From positions 124,001 through 188,000 of the IMG/VR virus record IMGVR_UViG_3300042691_042003: a stretch of 64,000 bases of DNA; one strand, written 5' to 3'. Positions 19,534 to 28,698 of the stretch are shown one piece after another (position 1 is the first letter of the stretch; every line of letters begins with the position of its first letter). The notes beneath the pieces were generated by a model that was given only the letters and a program-made list of their open reading frames with translations, was not told where the DNA came from and searched no databases. A program made the translations under genes and the position numbers.

Positions 19534-19662
19534 ATGGAAATTTTATTACAAACACTTACTCATTTTCCAGGATGTTTTTTAGCTTGCATCCTTAGTCATC
19601 TACTCCTTCATAAGCTTAATTCTAAAAAAACTAAAAAATGTGATAACTGTAACTGTGGATAA
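19534..19662 (+). CDS. Small membrane peptide with Cys-rich tail (not in the ORF track)
   Basis: MEILLQTLTHFPGCFLACILSHLLLHKLNSKKTKKCDNCNCG*; starts 3 nt after the previous stop. Confidence 0.5.
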   Translation: MEILLQTLTHFPGCFLACILSHLLLHKLNSKKTKKCDNCNCG

Positions 19663-19680
19663 ATACAATAAAAATGAAGA

Positions 19681-20250
19681 ATGAATAAGACTGACAATAT
19701 TATAAAATGGTCTATCATCTCTATTTTTGTTGGATTATACTCACTTGTTAGTATAATATCTACAATTCACGTAGTCGATTTTTTTAAACTCAGTAATCCG
19801 ACTTGGTTAGCAATAACTCTTGCTATTGCTTTCGAAGTCGGTGCTGCAGCTTGTCTTGCAGCAATTATTATACTTGATAAAACTAGCAAATCCCTAGTTT
19901 GGCTTCTTTTTATTCTGATCACTGGAATGCAAATGATGGGAAATATGTATTATGCATACACTCATCTAGGAAATTATCAATTTTGGTCAGAGCTATTTGG
20001 ATTAATAGAAGAAGAAGATATTTTTCAAAAAAGAATTCTTTCTATAGTTTCCGGTGCAATACTTCCTGTAGTTGCTCTTGGCTTTATTAAATCTCTCGTA
20101 GATTATATAAGACCTTCAAATGAAGAAATTAATTTAATTAATTTAGAAAAATCTGAAGAAGATATTATCGAAGAAGATAAATATACAAAAACAGAAGTGT
20201 TGGAAGATAAACCAGTAGAACTGGTAATTCCAAGAGCTGGAGGATTATAA
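19681..20250 (+). CDS. Four-TM membrane protein
   Basis: Four hydrophobic segments and an acidic tail; GATAAATA at 19658. Confidence 0.7.
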   Translation: MNKTDNIIKWSIISIFVGLYSLVSIISTIHVVDFFKLSNPTWLAITLAIAFEVGAAACLAAIIILDKTSKSLVWLLFILITGMQMMGNMYYAYTHLGNYQFWSELFGLIEEEDIFQKRILSIVSGAILPVVALGFIKSLVDYIRPSNEEINLINLEKSEEDIIEEDKYTKTEVLEDKPVELVIPRAGGL

Positions 20251-20252
20251 GA

Positions 20253-20789
20253 ATGTCAAACACTACTACAACCGTTGAGGGATTATCGATATCTAATTTT
20301 TCTCAACAAGTTTTAGATTTACAAGCTGCAGGTTTTTGTTGTACCGATAAAGATTCTAGAAAGATTATTCGTTGGGTAGGATGTAAACCTAGCGTTTTTA
20401 GATCTTCTCAAACTGTTTTTTCTGCCAATGATCTTTCTCTTTGTAGCTGGTATCAAGAAGTAGGAACTTATAATTTTATAACGTATCTTCTAGATCCAGG
20501 AGATATACAAACAATCACAATGGATTCTAAGTATATTCTTACTAAAGCCGAATGGCCTACAAATTCATTAGAATCTCAAAAGTTAATTGAAGTAGGAATA
20601 GGACAACAAGCAGGTTATGTAGGAATGACGGTTCCTTTTACTATAGGGGCATCTTCTACATCTACGTATAATTATACCGTAATGAAAGATCTTTTTCACT
20701 TTAATTCAGAATCTAATGTTAAAACTCCAATGAAACTAAATAATATATCTCCTTATTCAGTTTCTATTTCTGTACTATTTGCAAATTAA
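20253..20789 (+). CDS. Hypothetical beta-rich protein, possibly virion-associated
   Basis: Ser/Thr-rich, operonic with 19681 and 20799. Confidence 0.6.
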   Translation: MSNTTTTVEGLSISNFSQQVLDLQAAGFCCTDKDSRKIIRWVGCKPSVFRSSQTVFSANDLSLCSWYQEVGTYNFITYLLDPGDIQTITMDSKYILTKAEWPTNSLESQKLIEVGIGQQAGYVGMTVPFTIGASSTSTYNYTVMKDLFHFNSESNVKTPMKLNNISPYSVSISVLFAN

Positions 20790-20798
20790 AATATAAAA

Positions 20799-21164
20799 AT
20801 GATAAAAACTATTAACGCTCTTAAAACTCTCTTTAGTTTAGGGAAACAAGCTACTGAAGATTCTTTCTCCGATTTAATTGATTCATTTTACGGCAAAGCC
20901 GAAGATTCTGTTTTATTAGGACCTTTAGGACTAACAGGGACTTATGGATTGATAGGACCAACTGGAGGAACTCATCGAGGATTAATAGGTCCTTCTTCTG
21001 GAAATTACCTAGGATTTTATTACTTAGGAGGTACTGCTCCAGGAAGTTCCTCATCATCTGGATCTACTGGACAAATAATTTTTTCAGTTACTGGAGGGAC
21101 CGGATATATGTATATTCATTCGGGTTCACAATGGATAAAAATTGAAGGTATTTCAAATTTTTAA
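20799..21164 (+). CDS. Gly-rich fibre-like small protein
   Basis: LKTLFSLGKQATEDSFSDLIDSF N-terminus and GPLGLTG/GLIGPTG repeats. Confidence 0.6.
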   Translation: MIKTINALKTLFSLGKQATEDSFSDLIDSFYGKAEDSVLLGPLGLTGTYGLIGPTGGTHRGLIGPSSGNYLGFYYLGGTAPGSSSSSGSTGQIIFSVTGGTGYMYIHSGSQWIKIEGISNF

Positions 21165-21175
21165 TACCTTATTCT

Positions 21176-21203
21176 AAAACTTTTTTTAAAAATTACATAT
21201 AAT
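21176..21203 (+). promoter_or_regulatory. Candidate class II promoter AAAAC-N15-CATATAAT
   Basis: Repeated motif; downstream CATATAATAAAAAACAAA is identical to the site at 16418. Confidence 0.5.
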
Positions 21204-21228
21204 AAAAAACAAATTTAAAAACAAATTT

Positions 21229-21426
21229 ATGGAAAAGAAAACAAAAGTAGAAAATGTAGGAGAAGCGATTTCAGTTTTGATGCAGGTTGCAGAGCTAGCT
21301 CAGAGTCGTGGAATTCTCTCTTTTGACGATGCAGTAGTTACAAAATCAGCAATGGATTTTCTTGTAGCTCTTAATGGAGGTAATGCACAACCTTCTGCTG
21401 CAGATGAAGGTCCTCAAGGATCTTAA
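21229..21426 (+). CDS. Hypothetical protein
   Basis: 65-aa ORF downstream of the promoter motif. Confidence 0.6.
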   Translation: MEKKTKVENVGEAISVLMQVAELAQSRGILSFDDAVVTKSAMDFLVALNGGNAQPSAADEGPQGS

Positions 21427-21428
21427 TA

Positions 21429-21662
21429 ATGATTCGGATGTTTAAAAAAGGGGAGGATATCAATTCTCCCCTTCAAATTGGAGATATCCTCGAAGTAGAA
21501 CCTGGAGTCTTTGTTAAAGTAAAAGAAATTATTAAAGAGACTGAAGAAGACTTTGCTGATATAAAAAAATGGAACATTCGAATAAAAACTGAAGTTATCG
21601 CAAATGACAAGGAATCAACTACCTCAAAATCCAGAAAAGGACAAAGATCTAGAAAAAATTAG
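21429..21662 (+). CDS. Hypothetical protein
   Basis: Operonic 77-aa ORF. Confidence 0.5.
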   Translation: MIRMFKKGEDINSPLQIGDILEVEPGVFVKVKEIIKETEEDFADIKKWNIRIKTEVIANDKESTTSKSRKGQRSRKN

Positions 21663-21867
21663 ATATTATCACGGTACTTGGGATAATTTTTTTAATTATT
21701 GGAAGAAGAGAGGAGTTGAGACGGATCCTTATAAAGGGTCTATTCTAAAACATCCTACTAATAAGAAGCAAAAAGAAAGTACTCTTCCTTATCAGGATTT
21801 TGGCACTTACGATAAATCAAAAAGAAATAAATTAATAGAATCATTTAGCGAATTCTTAGAAAATTAA
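21604..21867 (+). CDS. Hypothetical protein with C-terminal LIESFSEFLE motif
   Basis: 87-aa ORF; the tail resembles the leader motif family. Confidence 0.55.
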   Translation: MTRNQLPQNPEKDKDLEKIRYYHGTWDNFFNYWKKRGVETDPYKGSILKHPTNKKQKESTLPYQDFGTYDKSKRNKLIESFSEFLEN

Positions 21868-21901
21868 AAATTTTGGAGGGATAAGATCCCTATGAAGAAA
21901 T

Positions 21902-23131
21902 ATGCCTAAAAGTAAATCAAAAAGAAAATCAAGGCCTTTTACAAATATTGTACAAAAACAAGGCCAACCTGGTTATACTAATTTTCAAAATTTAAAACCA
22001 GCAACAGTATCTCTATCTATAATTGTAAAAAACGAAGCAGCCGTTATTGAACGAATGCTTAAAACAGTTTATCCAATTTTAGATTATTATGTAGTAGTTG
22101 ATACCGGTTCTACAGACGGTACTCAAGATATTATTAGAAAATTCTTTGAAGAGAAAGGAATTCCTGGAGAAGTTATCGATCATCCATGGAAAAATTTTGA
22201 AGATGCTCGTAATACTGCTCTAAATGCAGTTAAAGGAAAAGCAGATTTTGGATTTTGGATAGATGCAGATGAACAAGTAACGTATGATCCAGGATTTAAT
22301 CCATTAATGTTTAAAGCAGGTTTATCTCAATTCGATGGAGGTAATGTAAAAGTTACTTATGGAGGTCAAAATTACTTCCGTATGCAATTCTTTTCAACAA
22401 AAAAACCTTGGAGGTGGTATGGTCCTGTTCATGAAGTTCTCGTTTGTGATGAACCTACTAACGTTGGTGAAGTTCATGGAATTGGTGCTCTTGTAACTCC
22501 TGATGGTAATTCTTGGACATCAGAATCTATTCAACAAAAATATGAAGGTCATGCTAAAATTCTAGAAGAATATGTAGCAAACGATCCTAATAAAGATCCT
22601 CGTTGGGTATTTTATTTAGCACAATCTTATCGAGATGCAGGAACTCCTGAAAATCAGAAGAAATCTATTGAATGGTATTCAAAAAGAGCAGAAATGTTAA
22701 ATGGTTTCTGGGAAGAAATTTATTTCTCTCTTCTAATGGTTGCTTCACTTAAAGGTTCTCTACAATATCCAGTACCTGAAATTTTAGAATCTTATCGAAT
22801 TTGTGGAAAAGCTAATATTTATCGAGCTGAACATCTTATTCCACTTATTTTACACTATCATGCTGCAAAAGAATTTGATGTAGCTTACATGTATTCATCT
22901 CATGCAATGAAATTTGCAGGTAAATCACCCTTTCCTCAATCATCTCTATTCATTGATCCAGGCATATATCTTTGGAAAATTTACGATTTACACACTCTTT
23001 CTTGTTATTATTCAGGAAGAAGAGAAGAAGGTATAGAAACTTTTAAGAAGCTATGGAAAGCTCTTGAGAAAGGAGAAGTTCCACAATCAGAAGTTCCTAG
23101 ATTAACAGAAAACCGTAAATTCTTCTCATGA
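21902..23131 (+). CDS. GT2 glycosyltransferase with C-terminal TPR-like repeats
   Basis: LSIIVKNEA, VVDTGSTDGT, NFEDARN, WIDADE, GPVHE; RWVFYLAQSYRDAG TPR-like helices. Confidence 0.88.
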   Translation: MPKSKSKRKSRPFTNIVQKQGQPGYTNFQNLKPATVSLSIIVKNEAAVIERMLKTVYPILDYYVVVDTGSTDGTQDIIRKFFEEKGIPGEVIDHPWKNFEDARNTALNAVKGKADFGFWIDADEQVTYDPGFNPLMFKAGLSQFDGGNVKVTYGGQNYFRMQFFSTKKPWRWYGPVHEVLVCDEPTNVGEVHGIGALVTPDGNSWTSESIQQKYEGHAKILEEYVANDPNKDPRWVFYLAQSYRDAGTPENQKKSIEWYSKRAEMLNGFWEEIYFSLLMVASLKGSLQYPVPEILESYRICGKANIYRAEHLIPLILHYHAAKEFDVAYMYSSHAMKFAGKSPFPQSSLFIDPGIYLWKIYDLHTLSCYYSGRREEGIETFKKLWKALEKGEVPQSEVPRLTENRKFFS

Positions 23132-23337
23132 ATCAAGTAAAACTAGATAGGAAATTTGATATTTCTGTTAGATCTTGGATAAATGATAAGCCTATTACTG
23201 ATGATAATTGGCATGTTTTTTATACCGATACTAACAATGAAATGTTAATTGTTCTAATGGATCCCATTAATAATACTGAGGTAAAAATTGAAGTTGTAAA
23301 AAAGACAAATTATGAAGACAATAAAAAAGAAAACTGA
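23128..23337 (+). CDS. Hypothetical protein
   Basis: Operonic ORF with ATGA overlap. Confidence 0.55.
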   Translation: MNQVKLDRKFDISVRSWINDKPITDDNWHVFYTDTNNEMLIVLMDPINNTEVKIEVVKKTNYEDNKKEN

Positions 23338-23539
23338 AAAAGGTTTTGAATATAAAAGAGTTGCCGATTTAGAAGCAGATAAGTTAATTACTATGGGTTG
23401 GGATTTTTGTCCTAAATCTGAATGGAAAATTAACGTAAGAGATTTTGGTAAAGTAAAAGAAGAAACAAATTCTAGCGAGGATAAATATAAAAAGAATAAG
23501 AAGAATCGCAAGAATGAAACCACTTCTGAAGTACAATGA
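23312..23539 (+). CDS. Hypothetical basic protein
   Basis: Operonic ORF; GWDFCPKSEWK. Confidence 0.55.
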   Translation: MKTIKKKTEKGFEYKRVADLEADKLITMGWDFCPKSEWKINVRDFGKVKEETNSSEDKYKKNKKNRKNETTSEVQ

Positions 23540-24803
23540 TTTTGTAAATCTAATATTAGAATCAAAAACCTTAAATGAAGGAGGGGCTTATGGTCATTTA
23601 AATCATCCTTTTGATGATTTAGATCTCACATTTGCCGATCTACAAGAAATGTTAGATGCTACCATTAATGGAGCATTTGGGCCTGAAAATTTTGTTTCTG
23701 AAAAGACGGACGGACAAAATATCATGGTTTCTTGGAAAGGAGGAAGATTAATAGCTGCTCGTAATAAATCACATCTAAAAAATCAAGGAGCTAATGCCCT
23801 TTCGGCCGAGGCATTAGCTCAAATGTTCGCAGGCAGAGGAGAAATCGAGATTGCATTTACTACTGCAATGGATGATCTTTCTTCTGCCATTGCGGCATTT
23901 TCTCCTCAAGATAAAGATCGTTTTTTTGCTGAAGGAAAGAAATTTGCTTCGGTAGAAGTTATTACCCCTAAAACTCAAAATGTCGTTCCTTATGGTTTGA
24001 AAATGCTTGTTTTTCACGGAACAATGGAATATGATGAAGACGGTAACCCCATAGGTGAAGATAAACAAGCTGGAAGAGATTTAGGTAAAATTGTTAATGA
24101 TATTAATGTTGCAGTTCAGAAGAATTTCTTTATAAGAGGTCCTCACGATTTAGAAATAAAACCCCTTCCTAATACTAAAGCTAGAGAAGCTTATTATCGT
24201 AAGAAAATCGATACGGTAATGAAAGAAAGTGGATGCTCACCTTCTTCTACAGTAGGTGATTATGTAATAGGGATGGCTACTAATATTTTTAAAAGAGAAA
24301 CTAATAAAGCAGGAATTACAATCCCTTTTGACGTAGAAACAAAACTTATTAGAAGGATTGCAAGTATAGACGATTCTAAAACATATACAATTTCTCAAAT
24401 TAAAAAAGATTTAGGATCTGATGCTTCTTGGTTTATTGATTTAGAAAAGAAAGACTTTAAGAAAATTCAAAGAGAAATTTATGCTCCTTTAGAAAATATT
24501 TTTCTAGAAATTGGTACCGAAATGATGAAAAATATGTCTTCTTTTCTTTCTGCAAATCCTACACAAGCTGCAGAAGAAATGAAAGCAGAAATTGATCGAG
24601 TTATTTCTTCCATTAGAACTAATGGAGATGCTTCTGATGTTGAAAAGCTAGAACATGAGCTGAATCGTATTGCTACTTCAGGTGGTCTAGAATCAATTGT
24701 TCCTACTGAAGGAATAACATTTTTATTCAAAGGAAAGCTATATAAATACACAGGAATTTTTGCTCCGATCAATCAAATAAGAGGAATGCTTACTTATAGA
24801 TAA
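23514..24803 (+). CDS. DUF6267-like protein with covalent nucleotidyltransferase (ligase-like) motifs
   Basis: LNEGGAYGHLNHPF; EKTDGQN (KxDG, K64); EGITF..KLYKYTG near the C-terminus. Confidence 0.7.
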   Translation: MKPLLKYNDFVNLILESKTLNEGGAYGHLNHPFDDLDLTFADLQEMLDATINGAFGPENFVSEKTDGQNIMVSWKGGRLIAARNKSHLKNQGANALSAEALAQMFAGRGEIEIAFTTAMDDLSSAIAAFSPQDKDRFFAEGKKFASVEVITPKTQNVVPYGLKMLVFHGTMEYDEDGNPIGEDKQAGRDLGKIVNDINVAVQKNFFIRGPHDLEIKPLPNTKAREAYYRKKIDTVMKESGCSPSSTVGDYVIGMATNIFKRETNKAGITIPFDVETKLIRRIASIDDSKTYTISQIKKDLGSDASWFIDLEKKDFKKIQREIYAPLENIFLEIGTEMMKNMSSFLSANPTQAAEEMKAEIDRVISSIRTNGDASDVEKLEHELNRIATSGGLESIVPTEGITFLFKGKLYKYTGIFAPINQIRGMLTYR

Positions 24804-24827
24804 ATATAAAAAATAAATTAGAATTTT

Positions 24828-25706
24828 ATGAAAAGGATTTTTTCTCTTATATGTCTTAGTGTTTTAATCTCTTCTTGTGCTTTACAAGGCAATGAAAAAT
24901 CCGAAGAAATTCAACCTAGTAAAGAATCTATTAATAATGCTGCTAGAATAGCTACGGATAATCTTCTTTTAGGTAATCCTTCTAATGCACAAACTTCAAC
25001 TTCATTTCCTACAAATTATTTAATGCAAAAAACTCAGTTTGCATTAAGTTATAATCGAGATCAAGGAAAACCTAATTGGGTTTCCTGGCATTTAGATCCT
25101 ACTTGGGTGGGATCCTCTGATAGATGTAATTGTTTTTCTTCGGATGCCTTACTTCCTTCAGGATGGTATCGAGTAACCTCGACTTCATATACAAATTCGG
25201 GGTTTGATAGAGGTCATAATTGTCCTTCTGCTGATAGAACTCTCAATTCTACTGATAATAAAGTAACTTTTTTAATGACTAATATGATGCCTCAAGCTCC
25301 TAATAATAATCAAAGAACTTGGGCTAATTTAGAGAATTATTGTAGGACTCTTATGAATCAAGGAAATGAGCTGTATATTATTTGTGGATCTTATGGATCT
25401 GGAGGATATGGTTCTAATGGATTCAAAACTACAATAGATAATGGTAGAGTAACAGTTCCTAATAGAATTTGGAAAGTAATAGTTGTAATTCCTCAAGGAT
25501 CAAATGATATTTCTAGAATTACAACTTCAACAAGGGTTATAGCTTTAAATACACCTAATGCTAATGATCTTCTTACCACATGGGGATCATACAGGACATC
25601 TGTAGATGCAATTGAATCTGTAACTGGGTATGATCTTCTTTCTAATATCCCTGATGCAATAGAAAACGTTCTAGAAACAAATATAGATAATGGACCAACT
25701 CAATAA
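24828..25706 (+). CDS. DNA/RNA non-specific endonuclease, lipoprotein
   Basis: Lipobox LISSC; LSYNR...PNWVSW, GFDRGHNCPSAD, TNMMPQ, NQRTW. Confidence 0.92.
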   Translation: MKRIFSLICLSVLISSCALQGNEKSEEIQPSKESINNAARIATDNLLLGNPSNAQTSTSFPTNYLMQKTQFALSYNRDQGKPNWVSWHLDPTWVGSSDRCNCFSSDALLPSGWYRVTSTSYTNSGFDRGHNCPSADRTLNSTDNKVTFLMTNMMPQAPNNNQRTWANLENYCRTLMNQGNELYIICGSYGSGGYGSNGFKTTIDNGRVTVPNRIWKVIVVIPQGSNDISRITTSTRVIALNTPNANDLLTTWGSYRTSVDAIESVTGYDLLSNIPDAIENVLETNIDNGPTQ

Positions 25707-25714
25707 TTACCACT

Positions 25715-25960
25715 ATGAAAACCATAATCCTAATTCTTACATTTTTAACTTTTTCAACTTGTGTCCCTGTTAGATATAACAGAACTTCAAGGGTAGTTGT
25801 ACAACCTACTCCAGTAGTCGTTGTAAATCCACAACCAGCTTTATATTCTCCTTACTATCAATTTAGACCAATTCGTCCTGTAGTAAGACCTCCTTATTTA
25901 GGAAACGTTTATCATAAACCAAAAACCGTAGTAGTTGTTAGAGGTGGTAGAAGAAGATAA
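25715..25960 (+). CDS. Small Pro/Arg-rich putative lipoprotein
   Basis: MKTIILILTFLTFSTC signal with lipobox. Confidence 0.6.
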   Translation: MKTIILILTFLTFSTCVPVRYNRTSRVVVQPTPVVVVNPQPALYSPYYQFRPIRPVVRPPYLGNVYHKPKTVVVVRGGRRR

Positions 25961-25976
25961 TGGTTTCGGTCCTGGA

Positions 25977-26120
25977 ATGATGTTTGGTATACCTGGTCCA
26001 GGTCCTAAAAAAGATACGAAAGGAATTCCTTCTGATAAGAAAAAAGAAGTAGGAACCGAGGTAAAAAATATGAAGTCTAAATTTCTTAAATTTAAGGAAT
26101 TTACTTCTAAAAAAATATAA
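25977..26120 (+). CDS. Small protein with C-terminal KFLKFKEFTSK motif
   Basis: ATG 25977 preferred over TTG 25935; tail resembles T4 IPI KTFKEFTS. Confidence 0.45.
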   Translation: MMFGIPGPGPKKDTKGIPSDKKKEVGTEVKNMKSKFLKFKEFTSKKI

Positions 26121-26124
26121 AAAA

Positions 26125-26646
26125 ATGAGAAAATATATATTTTTCTTTGGGATTATTGGATTAGCTATTTCCCTTATGTCAGCTACTCTTAAAAGAGAAA
26201 GCAGTTATTTCGTTAGCGAAACCGATGAAACTATTTTTAGTGAAGTGGCAGAAATAGTTTATCCTAGAGACGAAGCTTGCAATCTTAAAAATATTAAAAA
26301 ATACGCTAGAATTTTTCTAAATCCTAGATACATTTTAGAATCTTTTGCTTATAAACCATATACAAATTTTGTAGATAAAAGAAGTATAAAGGCAGTTTTT
26401 TCTGTTTATGCTGGGGAAACTTATAGAGTTATAGATTTAAGTGAAGGATTTTCAAAACCAGTAATGGTAAATATTTTTGATTCTGATGGTAAAAAAATAT
26501 ATTCATCTGAAGGTAGTTCTAAAATGTTTGATTTCCTTGCTGAAAATTCAGGTGAATGTACTATTGAATGGATTTATCGAAGAGAGGATTCTCAAAAACC
26601 CGATAAAAAATGTGTAGCTTTTGCTGTAGGATATACAAATGAATAA
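26125..26646 (+). CDS. Secreted hypothetical protein
   Basis: Signal-peptide-like N-terminus and beta-rich body. Confidence 0.65.
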   Translation: MRKYIFFFGIIGLAISLMSATLKRESSYFVSETDETIFSEVAEIVYPRDEACNLKNIKKYARIFLNPRYILESFAYKPYTNFVDKRSIKAVFSVYAGETYRVIDLSEGFSKPVMVNIFDSDGKKIYSSEGSSKMFDFLAENSGECTIEWIYRREDSQKPDKKCVAFAVGYTNE

Positions 26647-27217
26647 TTTACTCACATATGAAGATTTTCTTTTTGAAGATGTAAGAGGAAATAAAGTTTG
26701 TATTTTCCCTGGTAGGTTTCAGCCTTTTCATCTTGGTCATATAGCAGCCTTAGAGAGAACCTCTAAGGTTTTCGGTGCTAAAGTCATTCCTATACAGATC
26801 CTTTCTAAAAGTAATAAATCTCCTATTCCTGATTCAGTTCTTATTAAAATGGGAAATGCAGTTGCTAAAGAATTTCACTTTATAGAAAAGTACATTCTTT
26901 ATCCGCAAGGCCTTATTACGTTTATTCCTGAAATGGTTAAGCTTCTTCAAGAACAAGGTTATTATCCAATTGGTGTAGGTTGTGGATCCGATAGACAAAA
27001 AGATTATGAAAGACAAGTTGCTAAATATATTTTAGCTCCTGATTCAGAAATACAAATTCCTCAATTTGAAGTTGCTATGGTTGACGAAAGAACCGAAGGA
27101 GGACCTTCAGGAACTAAAGTTCGTGAAGCTATTCAAGCTGATGATGAAGAAAAATTTAAAGATCTAACACCTAAATCGATACATTCGTTTTATAAAGAAT
27201 TGAAAAAGTATATATGA
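26639..27217 (+). CDS. HIGH-superfamily (cytidylyltransferase-like) nucleotidyltransferase
   Basis: FPGRFQPFHLGH (HxGH), CGSDRQKDY, SGTKVREAI; leader MNNLLTYEDFLFE. Confidence 0.82.
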   Translation: MNNLLTYEDFLFEDVRGNKVCIFPGRFQPFHLGHIAALERTSKVFGAKVIPIQILSKSNKSPIPDSVLIKMGNAVAKEFHFIEKYILYPQGLITFIPEMVKLLQEQGYYPIGVGCGSDRQKDYERQVAKYILAPDSEIQIPQFEVAMVDERTEGGPSGTKVREAIQADDEEKFKDLTPKSIHSFYKELKKYI

Positions 27218-28695
27218 AACTTCTAAAATTTAAAGATTTCGTAAGTAATTTTACATTTATTAATGAAGCCAGAGTTTGGGCTCATCCTGATAGGACTTAC
27301 GTTTTTAATCCTACCAATCATTCTAAAGTCCCTAATGATATCATTGATTTGACATTTAATTCTTGCTCTTCAGATGATATGCAAGGAGAACATAGTATGT
27401 TTTTTATTTCCGGTGATTCAAGGGTCGTGGAAATCGATCATGAAGAAGCTCTAAAATTATTAAAAAATAAAGATTATTCAATTCTTAGAGATAATGAAGG
27501 AAGGAACGTATTTTTAGTAGTTTCGGAAAGTAAAACAGGAATCTTAACTGAATTAAAAAAATCAAACGAAACTACTACTAACGTTAAAGAAGGTTTAGTA
27601 GTTTATTTCTATTATTCTAATATTCATGAAATTCCTAGTATTCAAAATGCTGAATCAATAATAAAAACTCTTAAAAATTTATCAATACCTTCAGAATCAC
27701 TAGATCCTAAAAGCGTAAGGGAGATTCAAGATTATTTAAACAATTTATTTCTAGATAAAGCTGCTATTAAGTCTTTAACCGATTTTTGGTCTGTAGGATA
27801 TGCTCTTAGTAATATTCTAGATAATAAAAAGCATATAATTTTAAGATCTAATTTATTTAATTCTATTCGTAGATTAGGAAATAAACTAACTAGATTGCCT
27901 GCTGATAAATGGTGTCCAGGCGATATTTATATTACTGATAGAAATTACTTAGGAGTAATTTCTGATTATGTTTCTGAAATAGAAAAAAATATACAAGATG
28001 ATAGCATTGCAAAGCTAAACGATTTATTTTCAGATGAAATGATGATTAATAATGAAAAAGGATCGGCCATAGGTTCTGTTGTTGCTATCTCACTTAAACA
28101 AGAAGAAGCTCAGGCAGGTAAAGCTAAAGAGTTCTTAAAAACTCTTACAAAAGATCAAAAACAATACAACGTTACAAAAGCTGAGTATAAATTGGATGAC
28201 TCTGAAATTGAATCTATGATCGAAGATTTAAGAAAAAAAATAGCTGACGCTTGTTCCAAGTCGGAAATTACAATTAATTTAGAGCAAGACACTAATTATA
28301 AAAACAGCAATCCAATATCCTTAAGGAATAAATTTGCTTCTTTAAAAGTTACTGCAAAGTTATTAGAAAATCCTGCTGAAATAGATGATAATATTCTCAA
28401 AAGCACTGCTTTTGCAATGAGTCTTACAGGAGTTAATCCTACTTTCTTTAAATTTATGGGAAGTTCTAAAGGAAATGCAAAAGTAGATAAATTCCCTAAA
28501 GGAGAAATGATTTATCTTCTCGATCATGGATTAGGAGATAAAAGATCTTCCATCGATATTGTAGATAGGAATTCTAATGCTGAAGTTATGTTTAGATTTA
28601 GGATTAAAAAAGGAGAATATGAAAAGCCTATTATTCTAAAATGCAGGCCTAATGGAGGTGTACAGTCAACTTTAGAAATAGAAAAAATGAAATAA
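27214..28695 (+). CDS. Large protein with leader and a possible PD-(D/E)xK-like core
   Basis: MKLLKFKDF...FINE leader; DKWCPGDIY and VAISLKQ. Confidence 0.6.
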   Translation: MKLLKFKDFVSNFTFINEARVWAHPDRTYVFNPTNHSKVPNDIIDLTFNSCSSDDMQGEHSMFFISGDSRVVEIDHEEALKLLKNKDYSILRDNEGRNVFLVVSESKTGILTELKKSNETTTNVKEGLVVYFYYSNIHEIPSIQNAESIIKTLKNLSIPSESLDPKSVREIQDYLNNLFLDKAAIKSLTDFWSVGYALSNILDNKKHIILRSNLFNSIRRLGNKLTRLPADKWCPGDIYITDRNYLGVISDYVSEIEKNIQDDSIAKLNDLFSDEMMINNEKGSAIGSVVAISLKQEEAQAGKAKEFLKTLTKDQKQYNVTKAEYKLDDSEIESMIEDLRKKIADACSKSEITINLEQDTNYKNSNPISLRNKFASLKVTAKLLENPAEIDDNILKSTAFAMSLTGVNPTFFKFMGSSKGNAKVDKFPKGEMIYLLDHGLGDKRSSIDIVDRNSNAEVMFRFRIKKGEYEKPIILKCRPNGGVQSTLEIEKMK

Positions 28696-28698
28696 ATA

